Under the pieces are notes generated by a model. The model was not told the DNA's origin. It saw nothing but the letters and a program-made list of their open reading frames with translations, and ran no database searches. A stretch of 64,000 nt of DNA from Schmidtea polychroa (taxonomy: Eukaryota): positions 236,656,001 through 236,720,000 of the forward strand of contig CM097885.1 in NCBI GenBank assembly GCA_044892525.1, given 5' to 3'. Made by a program: the position numbers and the translations under genes. Shown here piece after piece: positions 19,951 through 33,475 of the stretch; position 1 is the first letter of the stretch; every line of letters starts with the position of its first letter.

Positions 19951-22930
19951 TGCCACCACTTCTAGCGGCAGAGGTGGGAGGCAAAATTTCATCAAAATCA
20001 GACTTATTTTTAATAGAAGCAGAGTCAAAAGCTTTTAATATATTGTCGTCTCCTTCCAACAGACTAAAATTCCTTGTCGAAACTCGGTCCAGCATGTCGA
20101 TCTTACCTAAAGAGTACCTTCCAGACCTTAACACTGCCGATATTTCTTTGAAGGAAGCAAACGGTAGTGTTGTTGAGACTTTGGGTTCAAAGACAATTGC
20201 TTTTTCGTTACCATTTTTGTCCGACCGATTATTTGAGTGGAAATTTTATATAGCAGAGGTTATTATCCCCATATTAGGATCTGATGTTTTAAGCACTAAT
20301 GAACTACTCGTCGATTGCCGTGGACGCACTTTAAGGATAAATAACCAATTTAACTGCAGCACTATTCCCTCAAACATCTTTGAAGATCCACAACGGATAG
20401 GAACTGACGATCTAAATACTACTCCGTCGAAAACGGTTATAACAATCAAACACGCAAAAATAGCCGTAGATATTATTAATAGGTGTTTTAACACGCCAAT
20501 AACTGCAATAAGTGACGTTTCGAAGCCGCTTTACTGCCACACGATCGACACAACTTCATCTTTACCAGTTAGATGCAAAATTAGACCACTGTCGAATGAA
20601 AAACTCGAATTTGTACGTTCCGAGTTCACTAACCTCTTACATGAGGGTACCATTCGGAGATCTAAATCTCCATGGTCATCGCCATTGCACCTGGTCCCAA
20701 AAAAAGATGGAACTTTCCGTCCGTGTGGCGACTATCGAAACCTTAATGTTATTACGGTACATGATTCCTATAGCATGCCGCTTGTTAGTGATATCCTTCA
20801 CCGTCTTTCAAAGGGAAAGATTTTCTCCACAATCGACCTCGTGAAGGCGTACCACCAGATACCCGTGCGAAAGTCTGACATAGAAAAAACAGCCGTAATA
20901 ACTCCGATCGAACTTTTCGAGTACGTGCATACGCCATTTCGCCTTCGGAATTCTGCACAGACCTTTCAAAGGTATATTGATCAAGTCTTAATGGACCTAC
21001 CTTTCGCAGCTCCTTACATAGACGACATTTTAATCGGGTCACCTGACTTAGAGACGCATATAACCCATCTGACAAGAACTTTAACAGCACTTCGGCAAAA
21101 CAACCTTAAGGTAAACGTCGATAAGTGTACCTTCTTCCAACACGAGACTCGTTTCCTGGGACATTTAATTTCCGCAGATGGAATCCGACTTCCTCCGGAT
21201 AGACTAGATACTATAGCCAAATTCCCACTTCCAAAAACAATTTCACAACTGAGAAGTTTTTTGGGAACGATAAACTATTGTCATCGTTTTATTCCAGGGG
21301 TTTCTGAAATATTATCACCTCTTTCAGGTCTTGTCTCAAAACCAAAAAAGTCTTTAGTGTCATGGAGCGATACCACACTCAGTGCATTCGAAAACGCTAA
21401 GTCGGCACTTTCGAAAATTCAAACACTTCATTTTCCCAATGCTGATTTACCTTGGAGTCTGACCACCGATGCATCAAACGTTGCCATTGGTGCAGTATTA
21501 CACCAATTACATAATGACCTTTCTGAACCCTTAGAGTTTTTTCTCAAAGAAACTTTCTTCTGCACAACGGAAATATTCCGCTTTCGACCGAGAACTCTTA
21601 GGCATATATCTTTCAATCAAACATTTCAAGCACTTGCTTGAAGGTCGTCCTTTTGTCATCTACAATGACCACAAACCGCTAACTTATCTTTTTGGAATGA
21701 AAGACAACAGAAGCAAATCAGTTATATCTCAGAATTTTCTTGCGAAATACGCCACATTGCCGGCAGAGAAAACGTTATTGCGGACTGTCTTTCCCGCAGT
21801 ACCAACGCTATATTGCACGACCCGATATTTCCAGTACAGTGCCTCCGCGACAATCCACCTTCGGCAAAAGATCTAGCTGCTTTTGGCGATAAGTTTGAAA
21901 TCGTGGACGGAGTACACTTTGACTAGTCTTTATCAGGTGTTTAAGACCGATTTTGCACTATTCCTTACGGAAAATAGCTTTCCACTCCATTCACGACTTA
22001 CATCATCCAGGTTCGTCGGCTACCTTCAATCTATTACATTCACATGTGGTTTGGCCATCAATGAGGCACGATATTGAATTGTGGGTGAGTCAGTGCATCG
22101 GTTGTCAACAACACAAGATCACTAGACACACTAAGCCACAGATAATTCACTATCCGACCGGAAATAGGTTCGAAATTCTCCACATCGACCTGGTCGGTCT
22201 TTTGCCTTCTGATCGCGGTTTTTCTTAATTATTAACTATGATTGACCGGAAAACGCGTTGGTTTGAGGTTATTCCTCTAAAAAGCATTTCTGCTGAAATT
22301 GTAGCAAATTCAATTTTGCAACATTGAATTTCTAGATACGGTGTTCCGAAATCAATAATCACAGACAGGGGAACTCAGTTTGAATCCCAGTTATTTCAAC
22401 AACTAACTGAAAAGCTCGGTATACAACACCTCCGTTCAACTGCTTACCATCCTCAGACAAACGGCATGATCGAAAGATTTCACCGTACTTTGAAGACTTC
22501 TCTTGGAATACTTTCATCGAGACTTAATTGGACTAAAGCTTTACCTTTTGTTCTTCTTGGTTGGCGTAACACACCCTCCAGGACTACCGGAACTAAAACC
22601 GGCACAGTTACTTTTCGGTTCTTCAACATCGTTACCTAACGAATTAGTTGATTTCGATAACGCTCCTACCTTTGAGGAATTAGATATGGCTAGAGATCAT
22701 TTTCTTTCGATCGATAGCAACCACAGTTTTCTTATGCTTCCTCATATACACCGTATGTCCCAAAGTCCTTCAAGGACGCAACTCACGTTTATCTTCGTAA
22801 TATTACGGATTCAGGTCTCAAACCCAGATATTTGGGGCCTTACAAATTGATCGACATTAAGGATAACAATGCCCACATCGTTATTACCCAAAATATAAAT
22901 TTGTGCCGACTTAAACCGGCTTTCATGATT
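19890..22930 (+). pseudogene. Gypsy pol (protease, RT, RNase H, integrase), disrupted
   Basis: FLVETRS (degenerate DTG), RPCGDYRNLN, YIDDIL, TTDASN, HDLHHPG...CIGCQ, HIDLVG, TDRG and NGMIERFHR motifs across several frames. Confidence 0.9.
19938..19944 (+). promoter_or_regulatory. -1 ribosomal frameshift slippery site A AAA AAC at the gag-pol junction
   Basis: The heptamer is in the gag frame, one codon before the gag stop; pol is in the -1 frame. Confidence 0.65.
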
Positions 22931-23758
22931 TCTGATGACGTGGATGAAGACAAACTTCGCTCTGATTTAGAGAAAGTTTCAGTCGAACCCATTTTAACTA
23001 CGTCGAACGAAAACCGTTCAGTAGAACCTGCCACGGACACAAACGAAATCGCGCGTACCTTGATCACAAACTACCAACGCGATGAAAATTTAGCTACAGA
23101 GAATACACATTCAGCAACAACAAATCCATCAAATCTTCGATCAATTGTTTCGAAACCCGACAAGCAGCGACCCGCGAAAAATGTGAAACATAGTGATAAG
23201 ATTTGGGTGCGCCAAATTGGTGAAGACACTTCCAAACCTCCAAGACTTGCCAGAGTCTATTCCAATGAAAAATTGACACATCTGATGCTGAAATTCACTT
23301 AACTTTATTCCATATAATCAATTAATTCATCAATCGCCAAATTCCTTTCTAGACACTATCCCCCTTTGATAAATTGTCACTACTCTGACTTACATCTTGT
23401 TTCTAGTAGACCTTTCATCAACCTCTACTCTTGGGTCCCTGTGCGCTCCGCGACTTCCTGTGGGGCTGATGTAGCGAGCCGTTACACGGCCTTAACAATA
23501 TCTATTTTCTTAACAATATTTTTTTGCTTAAAAAAAATGTCTTTTAATCGTTCACCACTAATCATAAAAAGTAACAATTAATTATCAAGTTTCCAATTTT
23601 TTTTAGATATCCCAATCAAATTATTTGTCTGTTATTTCTTGGATCCATAATTGATTTGTGTAGTGGTTTGATAAAAAGATCTATTCGGGTTCATATTATT
23701 GTTAGGATTTGTTACATATTTCGCGAATTGTAATGGATAAGGATGTTGGTCTCTACAC

Positions 23759-24754
23759 GTTGCATTTCAGATATTATCAGAACCTTTTAAACAATATTTG
23801 AGTAGATGGCGGTCTACTTCTTCATCACTGTAGTTGGTGGAATGAGATATCTCTACAATTACCCAAGATATAAGGCTGTCGATCATCATATGATAGCAAA
23901 GTTTAAATTCTACACTAAGGTCAATTTTCAATCCGTTCCCGTTGTCAGTACCGGACCCTACGCCTAAAAGAAAAAATGGGAAAATTCATATCGGTGTCAC
24001 GGACCTATTATCCCACTGGATTTTTAGATATCGCCGACTCCAAGAATTTACTTTTAGGATATTATTCATTAAAGTACTTTAGTCTTTTATTTGTTTAGTG
24101 GCTTTCATATCAAGTTTTATTCTAAAATTTATATTTACTAGACTTCCCGACCATTATAAAGTTCTTATGAAGAGTAAATAATTCTAATTTACTTTAATTT
24201 CTTTTTATTTATAATATTCCTCAAATAACAAAATTAATTTTCTAATATACTTAAATTCATTATATCAAAATACAAGGAAAAAATTAGTAAACTAATAATT
24301 TAACTAAAGTAATGGATTTTTTGATTTCCATAATACTTTTGTTTTTTTGTTACCTAAAAGTTATTTATTTTCCGCTGTTTTATTGTGGCAATTGTGAATT
24401 ATTTTAAATATTACTTTTTGAATAAACAAAGCAATATAATTTTAGTTCTGTAATATAAATTAAAATTAAACATTTATGGATGTGTTGCATTTCAGATATT
24501 ATCAGAACCTTTTAAACAATATTTGAGTAGCTGGCGGTCTACTTCTTCATCACTGTAGTTGCTGGAATGAAACATTTCTACAATTACCCAAGATATAAGG
24601 CTGTCGATCATCATATGATAGTAAAATTTAAATTCTACGCTTAAGGTCAATTTTCAATCCGTTCCCGTTGTCAGTACTAGACCCTACGCTTAAAAGAAAA
24701 AATGGGAAAATTTATGTCGGTGTCACCGACCTATCATCCCACTGGATTTTTAGA
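23759..24754 (+). repeat. ~270-bp direct repeat (23759-24028 and 24484-24754)
   Basis: gttgcatttcagatattatcagaacc...cccactggatttttaga occurs twice with scattered substitutions. Confidence 0.9.
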
Positions 24755-25699
24755 AACCTACAGACTCCGAGGATCGGGATGGCTGTCGTCCTATAAGAAA
24801 TTTAATTTCAGTTCATTCTACCATTGTGAGGTAATTATTTCTCCATCTTTTCCAATAAGGTTCACTAACGTACTTTAGTCTCTAATTAGTGGTCTAATTA
24901 TATCAATTAGATAAATTGTAAATTAACGTTAAATTAATTATGATTAAATTGTAAATTAATAGTTAGCGAAATTATAGTATAAACTTATTCCTAGAATTAT
25001 TCTAACTACATTGAGATCTTTGTTTTATCGAGGTAAATATAATCAACATAATTTAGTTAATTTAAAAAAATAATATGAAAATTTATAATGTTATTTTATA
25101 TAATACGTAATATTTTATAAAATTGGTATGCTCCATGACTCAACAGTCTCAACTCCCCCAATTCAGCCTATGCCTTTTTTATTTTCTATTCCAGAACAAA
25201 CGTTCACAATCATAGGCTGATCATCCGACAATCCAACTGTCAAAATTCCTACATAAGTATTTGCAGAGCATCTTAGGTATGCAATCTGGCTTCTCATTCT
25301 ATCTATATATGCGGATTTTAGCTATATTCATCAGTTAAAAAAATAAAATGATTTTTCATGTTTTGCGTTTTCCTTTCACATGTTATTTTATTCATGCTTT
25401 TCTATCAGCAAGTAAGATTTTTAAGTTTAATACATGCGCTTGCGCCCTTATGCACAGGTGTAATTATACCTACACCCACATAGCTATACATATATACCCA
25501 CACTTAATTGCATATATGATTTTAGCTGGGGGGAGGGGGTTACTAAAAACAGGTGTCAGTGATTTTCGTGAATTCTACTGAGTTAAAATATGCTAATCTT
25601 AGTTTTGACAATAAGGGGAATCCTCAAATCGATAATTTGGTTTATAATTTGATTTATATAAAGTAAGGATAATTACTTTAATAATATAGTAAAAATAAT

Positions 25700-25794
25700 C
25701 ATGGTGATAATAATAATGATAATAGGAATAATAATAATGAGAGGGATAATACAAATGGCAATAGTACTAATAAGAATAATATTAATACTAATAC

Positions 25795-25883
<89 letters not shown>

Positions 25884-25905
25884 TAAGCAATGATAATAAT
25901 AATGA
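25700..25905. repeat. (AAT)n microsatellite
   Basis: Direct reading. Confidence 0.95.
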
Positions 25906-25929
25906 ATGTAAATTTAAATAAGATTACCA

Positions 25930-26675
<746 letters not shown>

Positions 26676-27073
26676 TCGTAGATCGTATTTTTATAAGTTG
26701 TAATTTATTTGATGAGCTGGTCGTCCATATATTAAGAATAATATGTATTTAAGTTCTAATGATAATATAAATTTGTAAGACTATTTGTAACACTATGTTC
26801 GGATAATCGAAGATCAGAGGAAAAAGGTCGAGCAAATGCAGAGTGAAATTGAACGACTAACATAATATAGTCAAATGCAAGATGAATTGATAAGAACCGC
26901 AGAGGAAATGGAGCGAGGAGAAATAGAAGATTGGTCAGAGTGGCTAATCAGCATGGAAGAGGCCGACTTTTCCAGCCTATAAATAAAAACCCAAAGACGT
27001 GTACATAGAAATATGAAATTCTGCCGGACAAAAATATATGTGTATATAATTGTAGAAATGGATAAGTAACAAA

Positions 27074-27170
27074 TCGGGCTTGCAAATTTACCGACTTTTT
27101 CAATTACCGGTAATTCGGTAATTTATGTGGAAAAAACCGGTAAACCGGTAATTTACCGGTAATTTTGAGA
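27074..27170 (+). mobile_element. hAT-like terminal fragment with accggtaa subterminal repeats
   Basis: tcgggcttgcaaa followed by several taccggtaa motifs. Confidence 0.45.
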
Positions 27171-27379
27171 GTATTTTAGTTAGTTGATATTTTATTCAAA
27201 CTAATTACTTATAATATGTTTTATAAAATTCAAGTCAGTTATTTTATTAATTCATTCTTTTATTTTATTAATTCATAATCATAACATTATAATATATAAA
27301 AAAAAGTATAAACGCAAATTAGAAAAAAATTAAAACTTCATTTCAACTCTTGTTTTTGATTAAAATACTGCCTTGTTAC

Positions 27380-28097
27380 TAACAAAGGTCAGAAATCAAA
27401 GACATCATCGAGTTACTTCAACAATCATCATCAATCAAAATCCATAAAAATGTAATGTGGAGTGCGCCTAAATCTATTGAAAGAACCTCATCAGACAGAG
27501 TGTGGATGTAAGATATGCCGAGAATGCATAGAGGAAATGTTAAAAAAGGGACAACAATGGTGCCCAATATGCGGAGAAGCAATGATAGAAAAGTTGAGAG
27601 ACAAGCATGAAAATAAAGGGGCGGTCAAAGATATATTGAAATCAAACCTTGGATGCAAAAATACCCCATGCATAGGAACATAAAAAATTGGGAATATAAA
27701 AACACATCGAGGAATGCGCGCACAAAATCAGTCGTTGTAAGTTATGCCAACAAGCTGTGAGGACAAACGAAGAAATGGAGCACCAACATAAATGTGAAAA
27801 GAGACGAGAAAGATTTGAATATTGCGGACAAATAGACAAATGAAAAAAATTGGTAGATGAACATCACAATCTCAAAGAGGAAAAACTATGTGTAGAATTC
27901 ACAAGGGAATGTCCCAGTGAATGTGGCCCGAAAGGAACAGTATATCATTTAAAAGAATGTGAGAAAAAACGAATTACGTGCATCATGAGGAAATAGGGAT
28001 GTCAAACAAAGTTGAACAGAGAGGAATTACCACAACACCTAGCAGATAACACAACCACGCACATGGAGATGTGGATTACCGCCATACAAGAGAATGA
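27380..28097 (+). pseudogene. TRAF-like RING plus TRAF-type zinc-finger pseudogene
   Basis: LNLLKEPHQTECGCKICRECI...CPIC RING, then H..EC....CKLC, CPSEC...HLKECEKKRITC and GC.TKLNREELPQHL...HMEM. Stops and frameshifts; possible donor GT at ~28098. Confidence 0.75.
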
Positions 28098-29267
28098 GGT
28101 ATCACTGTCTGACTCTTTTGTATTCTTTTTGAAATTAAGTAAACAACCAAACACAAAAATCTTTATTTGAGACTACTACAGTTTCACTTTGGTACGAGAA
28201 GCTCAACTTTATAAACAAGTTCCAATATTAGTAACTCATAGTGAAGATAAATTAATTCACAGGGGTCTTGTAGAATGAGAGAATCGATCAACTGAATAAT
28301 CAATATTCCATATGTTATGTATATAATCGCAACTTCTACCAGCAGATTAATATCGCGAACGAATAAGTGGCTAAACTCTCATGCGAGTTTAAGTGTTGAT
28401 AACGAGTATAAGCGCACATGGTACAGATAACAAGATTCCATTTCCTTACTCAATCAAAATAATAGCTTGCAAACGAAAATATCGTAGATAGTGGCGATTT
28501 CAACTTGTGACTTGGTATTATCGATTTAACAATAATTATATTAACAACGGTAATTAGATTTGGTGAACTTAACATAATAACTAATAATCACTCATGAAAC
28601 ACTAGGAATTTGTAAAATAGTGACATAAAACAATCATTTCACAAAAAATTAACGGTATTAATGGCTTTGCTGAACAAGTGAAAGGGGATCATTTTCAATC
28701 CTAAGGTTCTAGTCTGAGAGAAGCATGGTTAACGATTCACAGAATTAACAAATATATATTTTTTAGCATGTAGTAACCGAACTAACTAATATATAAATAT
28801 TTAATAATTAAGGTGGATAAATTAAATTTTCGGATTAAAAAAATTAAATAGTAATTGGGTTAAAATTTTCACTTGTCACCCCTTGGACGGGTTCCCCTGT
28901 GATCTTTCTTCCTTTTGTGTGAACCTAAACTAAGTACCTTGTAGCCACTTGTGTCTTGGCGGGTAACGACATCTAAACGTTCAAAATTAGAATGCCAGTT
29001 AATGTATATTGTATTTCATTTTTTACAGAATTATGCCTACAACATCTAATCCTCAGACATTCTTAAAACCATGTTTCTCCTGTGTAAAAAAGAATGCCGC
29101 CAACAGGTCACTTCAAGCCGAGATCGGACTGCTAAATAAACGAATAGACTATATAAGGAGAACGCAAAAACATAATTTTGCCCTTAAATTCTAAGTGGTA
29201 TTCTTAGCCATAAAATTTTGAGTTAATCTCGAAAAAATTTTATTATTATTATTATATATATATATAT

Positions 29268-29517
29268 GGTGGCGGGACAAAATAGTATGAGGACAAAATT
29301 GTATTGGACAAAGTGGTAGAACCAAAGAAAAAATTTATTATTCGTCATTTATTTTAATTATTTTATTTTGATATTATAATAGGAGAAATAAGGTTAAAAA
29401 TTATTAGAATTTCTTTTAACTTCATAACTATGTTTATTTAAACAAAGTTAAATCTATATAATTTAATACTAGTACCATTTAATCCTAGTACCACTTTGTC
29501 CGTACCATTTTGTCCTA
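29268..29517. mobile_element. MITE with repetitive ggacaaa(a/g)tggta inverted ends
   Basis: ggacaaagtggta / ggacaaaat on the left; taccactttgtcc / taccattttgtcc on the right. Confidence 0.65.
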
Positions 29518-29613
29518 TATATATTTCTTCTTCAACAAGTCATTGGTTAGTGTTAACTACTACTTTAAAATGGCGAACCATAAAAAATCTTTCCGAAACA
29601 AGGTGGTCTTGTC

Positions 29614-31331
29614 TAGGATTTAACACCCGAATATATTCGCCGAATACTATTCGAATAATTCAGAAATATTTAGCTATTCGATATTCGGATACTTTTACCC
29701 ATTTATTCGTACTTTTACCATTTTCGACGAATTAGACTAAATGATCGCAAAGTCTAAGATATGTCGTTAATTAAATTCAAATTACACTTTTTTATTTGTT
29801 AACTTCATCGTTAATGTTACAAATTCAATTTTTTTTTGCGCAATGCGCATGACTAAAACAATAGAAAAAATGATATATAATGTCATTGAAATTTATTGAA
29901 CGTCGTGTTAAAATAGAAAAAAAAGTGTGATTTATTGAAATTTTGAAATTTTTTTGGTTAATATTTTTAGCTAAATAATTACATAAATATAAACAAACGT
30001 TGCCATCGTAATATCACTGTAATATCGTAATATCACGCGTAAGATTTAAAACTTAAGTACAATTATTTTAACTTAAAATTTTTAAGTGATTTTAAATTTC
30101 AGATTTTTCATCCCTTTTATAAATTATGTATTAATGAATTTGAATATGGTGATGGTGAATTTTTTGTTGATGAAAACTATGGACAAAATCACCGCATTAT
30201 TTTTCAGCCCAATTACAACAAAGCAATTAAAGAAGTTCGAAAAGTTGTGGATTTCTTTAGACGGTCGCCCACCAAAAATAGCATTTTACAGCGATATGTC
30301 AAACAAGAATTTGAAAAAGAAATTAATTTAATAAGAGATATTAAAACAAGATGGAATTCTCTTGAAGCTATGGTTGAAAGATTTATCATGCTATATAGCT
30401 GTATAAAAATCAGTCTAATTGAATTGAATGCTATCGACAAAATTAATGAAACAAATTTAACTACTCTTAAAGATATGTTAGCAGTTCTGTCTTCTTTAAA
30501 AGTTGCTGTTAAAGCACTAAGCAGAAAAGATGCTACATTATTAACTTGCGAGACGATAGTTATATTTTTACTAAATAAGTTGGCAGAACAACACTCTGTT
30601 CTAAGCTTAAAATTTCGAGAGGTTTTACTCAAACTTATAAACGAGAGAAGACATAAACCAATGGTGTCACTATTAGTGTTTCTTCATAATTCATCTTCAT
30701 CAAAAGATAATAAATGGTTTTCTTATTTACCTAGAAATGCTACATTAACATATGCCAAAGAACTAATGAAACGATTATTTCCAACAGAAATAACTGAACA
30801 GCAAAATAATGATGAAAGGGATGCAGAAATATTAATTATTCCTGCTGAACCTGAAGTTACACAAGTACCAGTATCTGTTTCAGATGAGTTAGATTTAGCA
30901 ATACAAAAATGCCAAGCTGCCGCAGTTCCTATTAATGCGGATAATTTCAATTCGTTAAACAAAGAATTCCAAATTTACGAAGCCACCGGAATAAAATCTA
31001 GAAATTTGGATTTACTATATAATGCTCTTCTAACAGTGAAACCAACGTCAACGGAGAGTGAAAGAGTATTTTCAACATCCGGAATTGTGTTGTCAAAACT
31101 AAGGACAAGAATGAAAGATGAATCAATTAATGCTATTGTATTTTTAAAGAGTTGGTTTCAGCGTTCAGTCTCATTAATAAATGAATAATATTTACTTTTT
31201 TATTGTTTTTTTTGATTTCATGTTTTTAGCACATTCTCGAATTATTCGCATTATTCGAATTATTCGAATAATTCAATATTTACTATTCGTATATTCGAAT
31301 ATCTGAAAACCACGAATAGTGTTAAACCCTA
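29614..31331 (+). mobile_element. hAT element, internally deleted, with TIRs and an 8-bp TSD
   Basis: TIRs tagg(a/g)tttaacac; TSD gtcttgtc at 29606-29613 and 31332-31339; attcgaat subterminal repeats. Confidence 0.93.
30247..31188 (+). CDS. hAT transposase, C-terminal half
   Basis: RDIKTRWNSL and KPTSTESERVFSTSG...KLRTRM motifs; the N-terminus is missing. Confidence 0.88.
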   Translation: MDFFRRSPTKNSILQRYVKQEFEKEINLIRDIKTRWNSLEAMVERFIMLYSCIKISLIELNAIDKINETNLTTLKDMLAVLSSLKVAVKALSRKDATLLTCETIVIFLLNKLAEQHSVLSLKFREVLLKLINERRHKPMVSLLVFLHNSSSSKDNKWFSYLPRNATLTYAKELMKRLFPTEITEQQNNDERDAEILIIPAEPEVTQVPVSVSDELDLAIQKCQAAAVPINADNFNSLNKEFQIYEATGIKSRNLDLLYNALLTVKPTSTESERVFSTSGIVLSKLRTRMKDESINAIVFLKSWFQRSVSLINE

Positions 31332-32318
31332 GTCTTGTCTGTATGACGCATGCAAAGCTCTGTATATAAACTGGGTGGGAATATCTGAAGCTTTAAAAAA
31401 ATCACAAGATGAAACAGTATCTTCTCAAGTTAGAAGCCAAGCTCAAAATATTAACAAACAAATGAATCGTCTCGAATGTGCTTTTATGATGACATTTTGG
31501 AAATTTTAATTCTACTAGTTTAAAGTTACAATCCATTGAAAATGATTTATCGATTGTGGTTGAGCAATACAGATCATTGATTGAATTCGTAAATTCAATG
31601 TCAAATTTATATGAAAACCAAAACATTTAATGTTATTATTTCATGTCTTAGTGAAGAACTAAAAAAGAGGCTTGAAGCATATGAATTAATTTACAAAAAT
31701 TTTGAATTTTTAAACAATTTAACGAAATACCAACCTAAATTAATATTATAAAATTCAGAAAATTTATACCAGATATACCAGAACGATTTAGATGAATGTT
31801 TTATGGAAGAATGTGTGCACAGGGGTTCATATTTTATATTATATAATATTATATATTATATAATATTATATATATATATATATAGCAAAAAATATAATCT
31901 TAAGAATATTTTTGTGCACGCATTTAAGTAACTGTTCGGCGGAACGCAGTTTTTCGTTATTGAAAAGATTGAAAACCTATTTAAGATCGACTATAAAGGA
32001 ACAACGCTTAAACGCATTAGCTATATTATCAATAGAAACATATTTTACATTAAATATAGATTATTCTGATATAATTGATTATTTTGCTGACAAAAAATCA
32101 AGGCGAATATTTTAATGTGTTAAAAGGAAGTAAGAAAAGCAAAATTTTACTTAATTAAAACGTACTCCACTGACTCTTAGTTCTTATTGAATAAATAAAT
32201 AAACAAAAGCAACAGATAATTAGTTTTAATTGTATATTTGTACTTATTAATTTTTAATACGAATGATGTGGCGCGTTAATATATATTGCCTAAGGGCGCC
32301 AAAGATTCAAATGCGGTA

Positions 32319-32321
<3 letters not shown>

Positions 32322-32401
<80 letters not shown>
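32322..32401. repeat. (TA)n microsatellite
   Basis: Direct reading. Confidence 0.95.
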
Positions 32402-32405
<4 letters not shown>

Positions 32406-33189
32406 TTGTTGAGATCTCGACCCCAATTTACTGAGACTTCAACATTTGCGTAACACCAAGCAATAAATTAAGAATGCGCCGACGACAGGTCAGTTAGGTG
32501 CATCAGCACCGATGCTCGAGTCAGAGTTCGTTCTTGACGATATTGACTTCGGAGTGGACATGGACAATGACGCCCTGTTCAACTTAGACGAGGTGCTGTC
32601 CAATACTAAGGCTAATTTCACACAGCCGTCCGAGATTTCTTCTGATTGCTTGACATAGAAATGAACATTAATCGTTACGATTAATTCTGATTAATTAAAT
32701 CATATTCTGAATTTGGTTTTCGTTATTTTGTCTTTATACCTAAATTTATATAGTTAGTTTACTGATGGTCGTAATAGAAAAGTATTGTGGTAAGGGATCA
32801 GCTGTTTAATCCAGTCATGAGAGGCATCAAGTTACAGAATTCCTAATTTTTAGATAATAGTCTCCGAACGACGTAAGGCCATCTATCCCCAGTCCAATTT
32901 CTTTTAGGCTTAGATAAATTGAGCAGGCTGACCTTTACTTATTTACGTGCCCACTGTATACAGTATTAACATGACTTAATTCCATGGGTATACAGGGGTG
33001 ATTTTTAATAATCATGTGCTCCCTGTCAACGGATCATCTTGTTTTGCTTTTCCCTAGACATTTCTGTGATCTGGTTTTCAATACAACAAAATGATTATTT
33101 TAACTAGGTGTTAAAAGAAAATTATAGAATTGTAGATCAGCATATTTAAATTAGCCAACAGGAAAAGGAAAATCTCGGTTAAGATTATA

Positions 33190-33475
33190 TCCAATTGTTC
33201 TATCAGATAGAAATTCCATAAAAGACTTTCAACTCCCACGCCCTTGAATTCCAAACACCCATTTCGTGGGAACTCTCCTAACATGATGATATTTGCGTTT
33301 CCCAAAAACAGATTCATCTATTTCCACTTCTATTGGAGAATAGTTTCCGTCATTAATTCCCCCAAGGTAACCAGAGTTTTGTTACCAACAAATGAAACTT
33401 ATCCAGTAAGTAACGCTTTCTTTCGATATATTTAGTCCATTTAGAGTAGTCACTAAAGAGTTCATTACATTTATC
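33190..33475 (-). pseudogene. Merlin (IS1595/ISXO2-like) transposase remnant
   Basis: Minus strand reads LGGIND...EVEIDESVFGKRKYHHVRRVPTKWVFGIQGR. Confidence 0.75.

Larger units (their letters stand above)
18690..23470 (+). mobile_element. Ty3/Gypsy LTR retrotransposon internal region, CsRN1-like clade, decayed
   Basis: gag, protease, RT, RNase H and integrase in Gypsy order; CHCC Gag motifs; many frameshifts. Matching LTRs were not found. Confidence 0.9.
29520..32321 (+). mobile_element. Decayed hAT transposase (ZMYM1-like group), interrupted by another hAT
   Basis: KNLSETRWSC|...DACKAL across the insertion, and the C-terminal dimerisation motif SNCSAERSFSLLKRLKTYLRSTIKEQRLNALAILSIE (31912-32115). 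Confidence 0.8.
29033..32620 (+). pseudogene. Second, disrupted copy of the 14528-15442 ORF (5' part 29033-29170, 3' part ~32402-32620), split by hAT insertions
   Basis: MPTTSNPQTFLKPCFSCVKKNAANRSLQAEIG versus MPSNVKPVLRPCFSCSDKNAIIKDLQTQIG; GVDMDNDALFNLDEVLSNT versus GVAWEENASEFFDLDELLADT. Confidence 0.6.

Noticed and set aside
23759..24754. Direct repeats as the LTR pair of the adjacent Gypsy element
   Set aside because: Both copies lie downstream of the element, only ~450 bp apart, and neither matches its 5' flank.
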